Positions 48,424-57,030 of a stretch of 64,000 bases of DNA are shown here, piece after piece. The position numbers and the translations under genes are program-made. The notes beneath the pieces are model-generated. The model was not told the DNA's origin. It was given only the letters and a program-made list of their open reading frames with translations, and made no database searches. How positions within the stretch are numbered: position 1 is the stretch's first letter; each line of letters opens with the position of its first letter. The stretch is from positions 2,695-66,694 of the forward strand of contig JBDHWI010000001.1 of the NCBI GenBank assembly GCA_039810125.1. The letters run 5' to 3'. Source of the stretch: Thermoflexales bacterium (GTDB lineage: Bacteria > Chloroflexota > Anaerolineae > J036 > Brachytrichaceae).

Positions 48424-49389
48424 ATGAATATTCTCAGTTTGGTGGTTGGTTTTGTAGTGCTGCTGGTGCTGCTGTTTGTCGCGATCAGCATCCTCGGCCA
48501 GTTCATTCGCGTGGCGCGCGAGTATGAGCGATTCGTCGTTTTTCGACTCGGGCGCTCCATTGGCGTCAAGGGCCCGGGGATCGTGTTCCTGCTGCCTGTG
48601 CTGGATAGCGCCACCAAGGTTGATCTGCGCGAGCAGTTCATGGAGGTGCCGCAGCAGACCAGCATCACGAAAGATAACGCACCGATCAGCATCGACTTCC
48701 TGATCTATTGGAAGGTGGTGGATGCTGAGCGCACTGTGTTGCAGGTCGGCAACTTCGCCGCTGCGTCACAGGGCATTGCGACCACGACGCTGCGCGCGGT
48801 CATTGGTGATATCACGCTTGACGACGTGCTGGCGCAGCGCGAACGCATCAATATGCTGTTGCGCACCAAGCTGGATGAAGTGACTGAGCGCTGGGGCGTG
48901 AAGGTGACAGCAGTGGAGATCCGCGAGATCGTGCCGCCGCGTGAGGTGCAGGAAGCGATGAACCGGCAGATGAGCGCCGAGCGCACACGCCGCGCGCTGG
49001 TGACGGAAGCCGATGGCAAGCGCGAGGCGGCCATTACCATGGCTCAAGGTGAGAAGGAATCGGCCATCCTGAAAGCTGAAGGCCAGAAGCAGGCTTCAAT
49101 TCTGGAAGCCGAAGGTCAGAAGGCATCCCAGGCCTTGCGTGCTGAGGGTTACGCCGATGCGCTGACGGCGACGTTTGCCAGCGCAAAGGGGCTTGACAAC
49201 AACACGATGATGCTGCAATACCTCGAAGCGCTGAAGCAGATCGGTCAATCGCCGGCGACGAAATACATCTTCCCGATGGAATTTACCGCGCTGGTGAAGC
49301 CGCTGGCCGGCATGGCTGCACTGGCCGGCGGTGAGCAGCAAGCGGTTGGCGACGGGAGCGCTAACGGCAAAGCGGCGCCGGCGAGATAA
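48424..49389 (+). CDS. SPFH/Band-7 (stomatin/slipin-like) protein
   Basis: ATG at 48424 after AGGAGGG. N-terminal TM, an SPFH core (ITKDNAPISIDFLIYWKVVD...LRAVIGDITLDDVL), and an EA-rich coiled coil. Confidence 0.9.
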   Translation: MNILSLVVGFVVLLVLLFVAISILGQFIRVAREYERFVVFRLGRSIGVKGPGIVFLLPVLDSATKVDLREQFMEVPQQTSITKDNAPISIDFLIYWKVVDAERTVLQVGNFAAASQGIATTTLRAVIGDITLDDVLAQRERINMLLRTKLDEVTERWGVKVTAVEIREIVPPREVQEAMNRQMSAERTRRALVTEADGKREAAITMAQGEKESAILKAEGQKQASILEAEGQKASQALRAEGYADALTATFASAKGLDNNTMMLQYLEALKQIGQSPATKYIFPMEFTALVKPLAGMAALAGGEQQAVGDGSANGKAAPAR

Positions 49390-49397
49390 AACAAAAG

Positions 49398-49431
49398 CCT
49401 GGCCGAGTGCTCGAAGATCGACCAGGTTTTT
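49398..49431. terminator. bidirectional terminator between convergent genes
   Basis: An A-run, then the stem CCTGGCCGA / TCGACCAGG (one mismatch), then TTTTTGTTTG. Confidence 0.5.
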
Positions 49432-49454
49432 GTTTGTTAGAGGCGTGTTGCATA

Positions 49455-50432
49455 CTAAAACCCGAGATCGTAACCGTCATGATAGGCCACGCCGATGCGC
49501 TCAGTGGTCCCTGATCTTGCATTGAACCACATCGTCCAGCGCCCGTGGTTGGGTTCATAAAGCACAAAAGGTTTGTAGATCGACTCGGAGTCCCATGCGC
49601 CGGGCAAGCCAGCGGAGATGATAGGATTTGCTGGGTGACGCTCCCATGCAGATATCCCGTCTTTCGAGCGTGCTAGACCAATGCGTGCCTTGAACAGATC
49701 TTCAAAGCCGATGTAGAACAGGTAATACCAGCCGCCCGACTTGATGACTTGCGCGCCGGCTACCCGCGTGCTTTCCCACAGGTTTGACGGCTCGGCGACA
49801 AACACCGGCTGCGTCAGCGGGTGAGTCCATGAGATCCCGTCCATGCTGATGGCATAGCCGATTGCATCTGGTTCAAACCATCCTCCGCCTGAATACCAGA
49901 GCTTGAATATCTGACCCTCGTCATCCCACAAAACTGACGGACACATCAGCGAAGAACGTTCCCAACTCGCATCGGGTCTCAAGACAGGAGTATCCCTTCG
50001 ATCCCAGTGGATGCCATCTTTGCTGACGGCATAGCCGATGTCGGATGTGCCTTTGTCATTTGTGGATGCTTCAAGGTAAACGTTGGTCCATGTAGAGGAT
50101 GAAAAAGATCTGCCGGCAGTTTGGCCGGAATACCACATGTGAAACAGGTTGTCCTTATATAGCAGCGTTGGACGATTGATGTCATCCTCCCATCCTGTTT
50201 CACGGCGCGGTTGAAGCACGAGAATGGGTTCCGACCAATGCAGACCATCGACGCTCTCTGTCATGGCAATGCTGTAATGCTTGCGCCAAGAGAAGTACAT
50301 TCTGTAGACGCCATCAAGAATGAGGACGTGATTGTCAAAACGAAAATCACCAGGTTCTCCGAGGACGGGATTTCCTGCGAATTTCCGCCAATTTCCGCGA
50401 CAACCGACGCGGGTGGGATCATACTTGGACAA
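49455..50432 (-). CDS. beta-propeller glycosidase/glycoside phosphorylase-like protein (GH43/GH130-like), low-GC gene
   Basis: TTG start at 50432, with GAGG 8 nt upstream. Repeated blades with S.DG..W, WYSG and YA.S.DG..W. Confidence 0.55.
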   Translation of the reverse strand: MSKYDPTRVGCRGNWRKFAGNPVLGEPGDFRFDNHVLILDGVYRMYFSWRKHYSIAMTESVDGLHWSEPILVLQPRRETGWEDDINRPTLLYKDNLFHMWYSGQTAGRSFSSSTWTNVYLEASTNDKGTSDIGYAVSKDGIHWDRRDTPVLRPDASWERSSLMCPSVLWDDEGQIFKLWYSGGGWFEPDAIGYAISMDGISWTHPLTQPVFVAEPSNLWESTRVAGAQVIKSGGWYYLFYIGFEDLFKARIGLARSKDGISAWERHPANPIISAGLPGAWDSESIYKPFVLYEPNHGRWTMWFNARSGTTERIGVAYHDGYDLGF

Positions 50433-50502
50433 GATAGATACCTCTATAAATAATCTGCCGGCTGCATTGCCTCAGATTGTGAGTCGTTGCAATTGCGTGC
50501 AT

Positions 50503-50532
50503 TTACTTGCGGCGCGCACGATATGCTAGAAT
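50503..50532 (+). promoter_or_regulatory. candidate promoter of tRNA-His
   Basis: TTACTT-N18-TAGAAT, with the -10 element ending 14 nt before the tRNA 5' end. Confidence 0.4.
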
Positions 50533-50546
50533 GCCACACTGTTCGT

Positions 50547-50622
50547 GGTGCCTATAGCTCAACGGCAGAGCGCCGCACTGTGGCTGCGGAGGTTGAGGGT
50601 TCGAAACCGTCTAGGCACCCCA
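50547..50622 (+). tRNA. tRNA-His (anticodon GTG) with encoded G-1 and encoded CCA
   Basis: Manual cloverleaf. 7-bp acceptor stem GTGCCTA/TAGGCAC, D stem GCTC/GAGC, anticodon stem CCGCA/TGCGG with loop CTGTGGC, and T arm GAGGG-TTCGAAA-CCGTC (one G-G mismatch). An extra 5' G pairs with discriminator C73, the His identity element. Confidence 0.9.
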
Positions 50623-50630
50623 CAAAAAAA

Positions 50631-50659
50631 GGACGCGACTGTCGCGTCCTTTTTGTTTT
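50631..50659. terminator. bidirectional rho-independent terminator after tRNA-His
   Basis: AAAAAAA, then the 7-bp stem GGACGCG / CGCGTCC with a 5-nt loop, then TTTTTGTTTT. Confidence 0.7.
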
Positions 50660-50674
50660 GGTCGCCGAATCGTC

Positions 50675-51724
50675 TCAGATCACCACCACCGGCGTAGCGG
50701 TGACATCACGGGTGCGCATCTCAACATCTTCGTAGCTCATTTGCGGCGTGGTCCAGCGCCAGATCCAGCGCGCCACATCCGCCGGCGTGTTCACGCAACC
50801 ATGGCTGCGGCGCCGGCCAAAGTCATTGTGCCAATATGCGCCATGAAAGGCTACCGCGCTTGTCGTGAAATAGCTGGGAAACGGCACGCCTGGCAGGTCG
50901 TAGGCGTCGCTGCCGGCGCCGCCGATCATGCGCGAACTCATGCGCTTGCGGATGATGCGGAAGGCGCCTGTCGGTGTCTGGAATGCGCCGTAACCAGTGG
51001 CCGTGCGTGAACTCATGATTGGTGTGTCACCCTCATACGCCGTCAACATCTGCTTGGCCAGATTGACCTCGATGCGCTTGTTCTTCACTTCAGGGCTGAT
51101 CGGCGTCATCTCCGATGGATCGATGCGCAGCATGTGTGACGCTGGGATATACGGTCCGTTGGGATTGAACACCACGCCGTCGGTCAGGCGATACCACCAC
51201 TGCTTGTCTGCGCCTTGCACGGCTTCGGTGACGCGATAGACACTGGTGTAATACAGCCGCGCGACACGGCGCGCTTTCGAATCTGGAGAGGTGCGCGCGT
51301 CGGCAAATGGCATGGTGACCTGGCCCCAGAACTTGCCGGCGGCCTTGTCCGGTTCAGGGGTGTTCAACTGCTGCAGCACCGGCTGGATGAACGATGAATA
51401 AGCGTAGCCATCCTCCAACTTGAACCAGATCTTGTTGTGCGCCATCACCGGCTCACCTTCCACCTGCTCCTCCAGGAATAGCACTTCATCGCGTTTGGCG
51501 TTGCGAACCAACTTGGCGCCCTTCTTCGGTTCAGTGCGAACCTGCACCTGCCAATCGGCCACGCGACCCAGAGGCAATGGTGGCTCGCCAGGCAGCAGCA
51601 TGGGCCCCGAGCTATTTTCCAGGTCGTGCGCAAAGAGATGAGTGAGGTTGGTGAGAGGCAGCGCAGCAAGTGCCGCCGCAGTGGTGCCGGCGACCTTGAG
51701 TAAATTTCGTCGTGTCAACAACAT
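50675..51724 (-). CDS. Tat-exported L,D-transpeptidase (YkuD domain)
   Basis: ATG at 51724 gives MLLTRRNLLKVAG (twin-arginine signal). Canonical YkuD motif FHGAYWHNDFGRRRSHGCVN. Confidence 0.85.
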   Translation of the reverse strand: MLLTRRNLLKVAGTTAAALAALPLTNLTHLFAHDLENSSGPMLLPGEPPLPLGRVADWQVQVRTEPKKGAKLVRNAKRDEVLFLEEQVEGEPVMAHNKIWFKLEDGYAYSSFIQPVLQQLNTPEPDKAAGKFWGQVTMPFADARTSPDSKARRVARLYYTSVYRVTEAVQGADKQWWYRLTDGVVFNPNGPYIPASHMLRIDPSEMTPISPEVKNKRIEVNLAKQMLTAYEGDTPIMSSRTATGYGAFQTPTGAFRIIRKRMSSRMIGGAGSDAYDLPGVPFPSYFTTSAVAFHGAYWHNDFGRRRSHGCVNTPADVARWIWRWTTPQMSYEDVEMRTRDVTATPVVVI

Positions 51725-51735
51725 GGTGATCAATG

Positions 51736-52494
51736 CTATTCATCCTGACGGAATGCGTCAATAGGCGCCCAATACGTTTCACCGCCGGCCAGCCGGATGT
51801 ACCGGCGAACCTTTTCCGGCATTGTCTCGGCCCGCTCGAACAAGGCAAACATCTGCGAAGGATATTGCGAGATGGCGTTGATCCTTGCGGCGATCTCGTC
51901 TTCGTTCAGCACTTGCGGCGATGGCGCCAGCCCCATTGTCACACCGCTGTTGCGCCAATCGGTCTTGCTCGCATAGGGGTAATCCTCAAAAAACATGACC
52001 GGCGTATCGCCGGCGCTCTCCTCCACCGCCTGCCGCACCAACACGTGATCGACATGTCCTCCAATCGTGAGCGGTGCATAGATGACCTGTGATCGGCGCA
52101 GGTGTGGCCGCAGCGCGGTCTTGATCTGCGGGAAGAATCGCTGCCAGTCGTGCTCGGCCACCTGCCCGCCGATGAAGTCGCGGGTATATAGCGGCGCGCC
52201 GGCGTCATCGTGCCGGTAGATGGCATCCAGCAAGCCAAGGTGAATAGGCTCTGCACCCAGTATGGCGCAAGCAGCCTCGTCTTCTCGACGGCGGACGGCA
52301 TAGGGCTGGACGTCGCCGAGCTGCCATTCGCCATGCACATGCTGCGCTGCAACAGACAGCGGCTGTCCGGCCGGCCGGTCGGCGGTGCAAACTGTGGCGA
52401 TGGCAACCTGTTGCCCGCGTGAGGCGAGCCGGCGCACCAGACCACCGCACGAAAGCGCGATGTCATCCAGGTGCGGGGAGACGAAGAGGATCAC
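51736..52494 (-). CDS. PIG-L/LmbE-family deacetylase
   Basis: The N-terminus ILFVSPHLDDIALSCGG (PHxDD motif) follows GTG at 52494. The longer ORF up to 52719 overlaps the upstream gene. HVDH motif downstream. Confidence 0.7.
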   Translation of the reverse strand: MILFVSPHLDDIALSCGGLVRRLASRGQQVAIATVCTADRPAGQPLSVAAQHVHGEWQLGDVQPYAVRRREDEAACAILGAEPIHLGLLDAIYRHDDAGAPLYTRDFIGGQVAEHDWQRFFPQIKTALRPHLRRSQVIYAPLTIGGHVDHVLVRQAVEESAGDTPVMFFEDYPYASKTDWRNSGVTMGLAPSPQVLNEDEIAARINAISQYPSQMFALFERAETMPEKVRRYIRLAGGETYWAPIDAFRQDE

Positions 52495-52526
52495 AAGGGT
52501 TGAAATTGTGCTTTGCGCGCAAGGGA

Positions 52527-53219
52527 TCAGTTGCGGATGACAACAAGTGTGCCGAGTTCGGCCCAATCGTAGAGGCGCTTCATCTGATCGCCTTTCAGCA
52601 CCACGCAACCAAATGAGCCGCGCGAGCCGACGCGCCAACTCACCAGTCGGCCATTGTTGCGATAGGGCATGGCGTGAAGGCCGTTTTCCAGCGAGCCGGC
52701 GTCGTAGATGCCCATCCAATAAGGCATGCGCAAACCCCAGGTGCGCGCATACGCCTCAGGCATCTTGGTCTTCACGCGGAAAACGCCGGGCTTGGTGTCG
52801 TGGTTGGGGTTTTCCTCTGTCGGCAGGCCAGTGCTGACGAGATACTCGAAGATGAGTTGATCGCCATCATAAGCCCACATTGTCTGCCGGCTCAAGCTAA
52901 CGTAGATCACCTTGCCGTCGCCGGCCTGTGGAGTGATCTTGCGCATGATCGCCGGCGACACCGCATCCGGCTCTTGCGCGGTGGGGATGGTCAGCACGGT
53001 GCCAGGGATGACGCGGCCATTCGCCGGCAAGCCATTGGCGCGAATGATCTGCTTTACCGTCACGCCATGCTCGGCGGCGATGTCCTTGAGCGAGTCGCCG
53101 CGCTCAAAGGTGTAGTTTGCGCCGCCGCCCACTGGGCCGGCCAGCGCTGGTGTTGCCATTTCCAAGGCAATCGCCATCGCCGCGATAACCGCAACAACCA
53201 GCCTGCCAAAATTGTTCAT
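52527..53219 (-). CDS. LysM-domain L,D-transpeptidase (variant SFGC active site)
   Basis: ATG at 53219 after GAGGA. Signal peptide. LysM domain (YTFERGDSLKDIAAEHGVTVKQIIRANGL). YkuD core HAMPYRNNGRLVSWRVGSRGSFGCVV. Confidence 0.8.
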   Translation of the reverse strand: MNNFGRLVVAVIAAMAIALEMATPALAGPVGGGANYTFERGDSLKDIAAEHGVTVKQIIRANGLPANGRVIPGTVLTIPTAQEPDAVSPAIMRKITPQAGDGKVIYVSLSRQTMWAYDGDQLIFEYLVSTGLPTEENPNHDTKPGVFRVKTKMPEAYARTWGLRMPYWMGIYDAGSLENGLHAMPYRNNGRLVSWRVGSRGSFGCVVLKGDQMKRLYDWAELGTLVVIRN

Positions 53220-53251
53220 CTTCAAGTCCTCAATACCGTCTGTGGCGGCTT

Positions 53252-53743
53252 TCACCAGCGGATATAGACCGGTGTGCCAAGCGAGGCCCAGCGATACAAA
53301 TCGGCGGCGTCATCGGTCTGGGCGACCACGCAGCCGAACGATGCCGGATAGCCGACTGGCCAGCGCACCAACCGGCCATTCTTGCGTAAGGGCATGGCGT
53401 GGATGCCGTTCTCTACGCGGCCGACATCGTAGATGCCCATCCAATAGGGCATGCGCAACTGCCACACGTCTGACCAGGCTTCGGGATACTTGCTCTGCAC
53501 GCGGAAGTTGCCCGTCTTGGTGCCACGCGCTTCTTCGCCACTGCTGATGAGAAAGGTATACACGATCTGGCCATTTTCGTAGGCCCACAGGCGCTGTCTG
53601 CCGAGGCTGATGTAGATCTCCTTGCCGTCGCCCGCGATGATTCTGTCACCGGGTGTGCCGGCAGCTGCGAGCGCCGGCATATGCGGCGCAATGCCCAGCG
53701 CCATCGCCAGCGCGAACAGGACAGCTATCCACTTCTGCTTCAT
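53252..53743 (-). CDS. small secreted L,D-transpeptidase (variant SFGC active site)
   Basis: Signal peptide MKQKWIAVLFALAMALG. YkuD core HAMPLRKNGRLVRWPVGYPASFGCVV. Tandem paralog of 52527..53219. Confidence 0.8.
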   Translation of the reverse strand: MKQKWIAVLFALAMALGIAPHMPALAAAGTPGDRIIAGDGKEIYISLGRQRLWAYENGQIVYTFLISSGEEARGTKTGNFRVQSKYPEAWSDVWQLRMPYWMGIYDVGRVENGIHAMPLRKNGRLVRWPVGYPASFGCVVAQTDDAADLYRWASLGTPVYIRW

Positions 53744-53840
53744 GCCGGTAAAGTGTAAAAGAATGTGGGAAATTTAACAATGGGTTCATTGAGTCACTGC
53801 TCGGGGCATCCCAGCCTTACCCGGAATAAAATCAGCCGGC

Positions 53841-54818
53841 ATGATCGACGATCCCGTTCTCCTCAACGATTGGCATCCGGTCGCGTCGTTAAAGCAACTC
53901 GAGACCACGCCGGTATTGGGCGTGCGATTGCTGGGCGAAGAGCTTGTGGTATGGCGCTGCGGCGCTGGCCCGAATGACGTGCAGGTCTGGCAGGATTTGT
54001 GCGTTCATCGCGGCACGCGCCTGTCGCTGGGCAAAGTGCAGGGGGACACGCTGGCCTGTCCCTATCACGGCTGGACGTATGGGGCAGATGGGCGCTGCAC
54101 GCACATTCCCGCACACCCTGAACAGATCCCGCCGCAGAAGGCAAAGGTAAAAACGTATCGCGCACTGGTGAAATATGGTCTGATATGGGTCACGCTCGGT
54201 GAGCCACAGCACGATGCCAGTCGCTTCTCCGAGTGGGACGACGCCGGCTATCGCAAAATCCTGTGCGGCCCCTACCGCGTGAAGGCCAGCGGTCCGCGCA
54301 TCGTCGAAAATTTTCTCGATGTTGCGCACTTCGCCTTCGTGCATGCGGGCATTCTTGGCGACGAGGCGCATCCAGAGATCATGGACTACGAGGCCGAGAT
54401 CACCAGTGAGGGTGTGGTGGCGCAGGGCGTGCGCGTGTATCAGCCAAACGGCCTCGGCGATGGTCAGGGTGCTGAAGTCGAATACACCTACAAGGCGCTG
54501 CGGCCGCTCACCGCGTATTTGCTGAAACAGAGCGCCGGCCCGCGCTTCTCGATCTTCCTCGCCATCACCCCGCACGATCTGGTGGATAGCACCGCGTGGA
54601 TGTGGATGGCGATGAACTATGGTCACGACATTCCTGAACACGATCTGATCGCCTGGCAAGACAGCATCTTTGCGCAGGATGCGCCGATCCTTACCTCCCA
54701 GAGACCGGAGTTGCTGCCGCTGGATCTCCAGGCCGAGTTACATCTGAAGAGTGATCGCACTGCCATTGCATATCGCCGCTGGCTGAACCAGCTTGGGCTG
54801 ACGATTGGCGTGGGGTAG
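53841..54818 (+). CDS. Rieske [2Fe-2S] non-heme iron oxygenase (PaO/VanA-like alpha subunit)
   Basis: Rieske motif CVHRGTRLS...CPYHGW. The C-terminal catalytic domain carries NFLDVAHFAFVH. Confidence 0.85.
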   Translation: MIDDPVLLNDWHPVASLKQLETTPVLGVRLLGEELVVWRCGAGPNDVQVWQDLCVHRGTRLSLGKVQGDTLACPYHGWTYGADGRCTHIPAHPEQIPPQKAKVKTYRALVKYGLIWVTLGEPQHDASRFSEWDDAGYRKILCGPYRVKASGPRIVENFLDVAHFAFVHAGILGDEAHPEIMDYEAEITSEGVVAQGVRVYQPNGLGDGQGAEVEYTYKALRPLTAYLLKQSAGPRFSIFLAITPHDLVDSTAWMWMAMNYGHDIPEHDLIAWQDSIFAQDAPILTSQRPELLPLDLQAELHLKSDRTAIAYRRWLNQLGLTIGVG

Positions 54819-54883
54819 GATTGTCTGGCACGAAGCCTGAATGAGTCTGGGGCTCCTTGCAAGCTCTGTCGGTGCTATTCGCA

Positions 54884-56902
54884 ATGCGATTCACAAAAAA
54901 TATTCTTTTCGCCGGCGTTTTCGCCTTTTCCACCTTCATTGCGCCGGCCACTGCGAACGCACAAGCCGGCGTCTCGTTCAAATCTGCCGATTGCGAGAAC
55001 TTTCAGGGCAGCGGGCCTGTGCCAATTACCTACGACGAAAACACTACGTGCGGCTGGCTGACTGTGCCGGCGCAGCACAGCAATCCTGCCGGCGCCACGA
55101 TTCAACTCGGCGTGGTTGTGTTGGGCGCCAACGGTGATGCGCCAGCAGCCGACCCCCTGGTAATGGCGCAAGGCGGCCCGGGCGGCTCCACCATCAACAG
55201 TTACGCCGCGCTCATGCAAAACAGCCCGCTGCGCCGCGATCGCGACATTGTGCTGTTCGACCAGCGCGGCACAGCGCACACCAGGCCGGCGCTGGAATGT
55301 GAAGAACTCAATCAACTTACGCTCGACACAGCGGAGCAAAATCTTTCTGATGACGAAAGGGAGCGATTGACGATGCAGGCTGCACAAGCCTGTCGCGATC
55401 GCCTGACGAAAGCCGGCGCGGATCTCTCGGCCTTTGACAGCGTGGAAAACGCCGCTGATGTTAACGCCTTGCGCGAGGCGCTGGGCTATGATCGAATCAA
55501 CTTTTATGGTGTGTCGTATGGCACCTTGCTCGGCCAGCATCTCATGCGCGACTTCCCGCAGGCGCTGCGCAGCGTCATTCTGGATGCTGTTGTGCCGACT
55601 GAGGGCAGCTTTGTTGTTGAGAGCGGCCAGAGTGAAAACCGCGCACTCACGCAATTGTTTGGCGCCTGCGAGGCTGACGCAAAGTGCAACGCAGCGTACC
55701 CCAATCTGGAGCAGCGTTACTTCGAAGCGGTGGATCGGCTGAATGCGCAGCCAGCGCGCGTGATGATGCAGGATTTGCAGAGCGGCAAACACTACAACAC
55801 TTTCCTCGATGGCGATGGGCTGCAAAGCTTGGTGTTTCAATCGCTGTATGCCACCGACATGCTGCGCTTTTTGCCGTATGTGATGGCGAAGGCGATTGCC
55901 GGCGACCTGCGCCCCATTGGCAACATTGGCAGTCTGTTCGTGTTCGACCGCTCGCTGGCGACCGGCATGTATTTCTCGGTGATGTGCGCCGAAGACAGCG
56001 GCCTGCTGAATGAGCCGCTGGATGACGCCGGCGTGCGCCCCGAGGTTGCCAGACGCAATGCGCGAGGTCAGCGCGACTTCGCGCAGTTGTGCAACCTGTG
56101 GAACGTGCAGTCGCTGCCTGGCGCGATCAACGAGGCGGTGGAGAGCGATGTGCCTGTGTTGCTGTTAAGCGGCAACTTCGACCCCATCACCCCGCCGGCG
56201 AATGCAGAGCGCGTGGCCGCAACGCTGCCACATAGTTTCTCCTTTACCTTCCCCAACACCGGCCACGGCGCGTTGAACAGCGAGAAGTGCGCCGAGCAAA
56301 TTGCGAATGCATTTTTGAATGACCCATCGCAGCGACCCGACGCGACTTGCATCGATGCCCTGAAGCCGCCGGCCTTCATCGTGCCGTCTGGTGTGTTGCC
56401 GGTTGTGTCACTGTTCCGGCTAATCTCACTCAGCGAACAAGCGCGCGCTGAGCTGATTGTGTTTGGTGTCGCGCTGCTGGTGCTGCTTAGCGCATGGTTG
56501 GTGCTGCCGATCTCGTGGCTGCTGCGGAAGTGGATGAAGCGCGATGGCGGCACGCTGACGCCATTTGCAAAGGCCATGCCGTGGCTGGTGCTGTTGAACG
56601 GCGTTGTGTTGCTGGTCTTCTTTGGCACGATGGCTGCGTTTGCATTTGGCGCGGCCAACGCGAACAATGTGATGTTTTTGTTCGGCGCGCCGGCGACGAT
56701 GTGGCCGTGGTTTCTGCTGCCGATCATCAGCGTCATGTTGAGCGTGTTGATCGTCATTGGCGTGCTGGCCGGCTGGCGCAGCGGTTGGGGCTGGCTGCGG
56801 CGCATCAATCGCGCAATCTATGCCATCGCCGGCGTTGCCTGTCTCGTGGTGCTGGCATCGTGGGGCATGTTGCTCGCACCGCTTTTGGGTAGCATCTTGT
56901 AG
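54884..56902 (+). CDS. secreted S33-type alpha/beta hydrolase (tripeptidyl-aminopeptidase-like) with a C-terminal 4-TM anchor
   Basis: ATG at 54884 gives a signal peptide. Motifs LFDQRGT, nucleophile elbow GVSYG and C-terminal PVLLLSGNFDPITP, then four hydrophobic helices. Confidence 0.8.
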   Translation: MRFTKNILFAGVFAFSTFIAPATANAQAGVSFKSADCENFQGSGPVPITYDENTTCGWLTVPAQHSNPAGATIQLGVVVLGANGDAPAADPLVMAQGGPGGSTINSYAALMQNSPLRRDRDIVLFDQRGTAHTRPALECEELNQLTLDTAEQNLSDDERERLTMQAAQACRDRLTKAGADLSAFDSVENAADVNALREALGYDRINFYGVSYGTLLGQHLMRDFPQALRSVILDAVVPTEGSFVVESGQSENRALTQLFGACEADAKCNAAYPNLEQRYFEAVDRLNAQPARVMMQDLQSGKHYNTFLDGDGLQSLVFQSLYATDMLRFLPYVMAKAIAGDLRPIGNIGSLFVFDRSLATGMYFSVMCAEDSGLLNEPLDDAGVRPEVARRNARGQRDFAQLCNLWNVQSLPGAINEAVESDVPVLLLSGNFDPITPPANAERVAATLPHSFSFTFPNTGHGALNSEKCAEQIANAFLNDPSQRPDATCIDALKPPAFIVPSGVLPVVSLFRLISLSEQARAELIVFGVALLVLLSAWLVLPISWLLRKWMKRDGGTLTPFAKAMPWLVLLNGVVLLVFFGTMAAFAFGAANANNVMFLFGAPATMWPWFLLPIISVMLSVLIVIGVLAGWRSGWGWLRRINRAIYAIAGVACLVVLASWGMLLAPLLGSIL

Positions 56903-57030
56903 GGTTTTGCAGTGGGGCTTTTTTCTGATCCTGGTCGTATCCTGTTCACTCCCAGCGTGGAACCCTGCAGCGGCACGATGGAAATTCCATCGCAAAAAGC
57001 AGATGGAACTGTTGGCGGCGAGTTGGTACG

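Noticed and set aside
50433-50674. Integrase, prophage or genomic-island boundary at tRNA-His
   Set aside because: No integrase or recombinase ORF flanks the tRNA, and I saw no direct repeat of the tRNA 3' end. Only the compositional anomaly of the adjacent gene remains, and that is reported as a finding.
54875-55840. 321-aa minus-strand ORF opposite the S33 hydrolase
   Set aside because: It is antisense to a frame with a signal peptide and GxSxG elbow, and shows no independent coding evidence.
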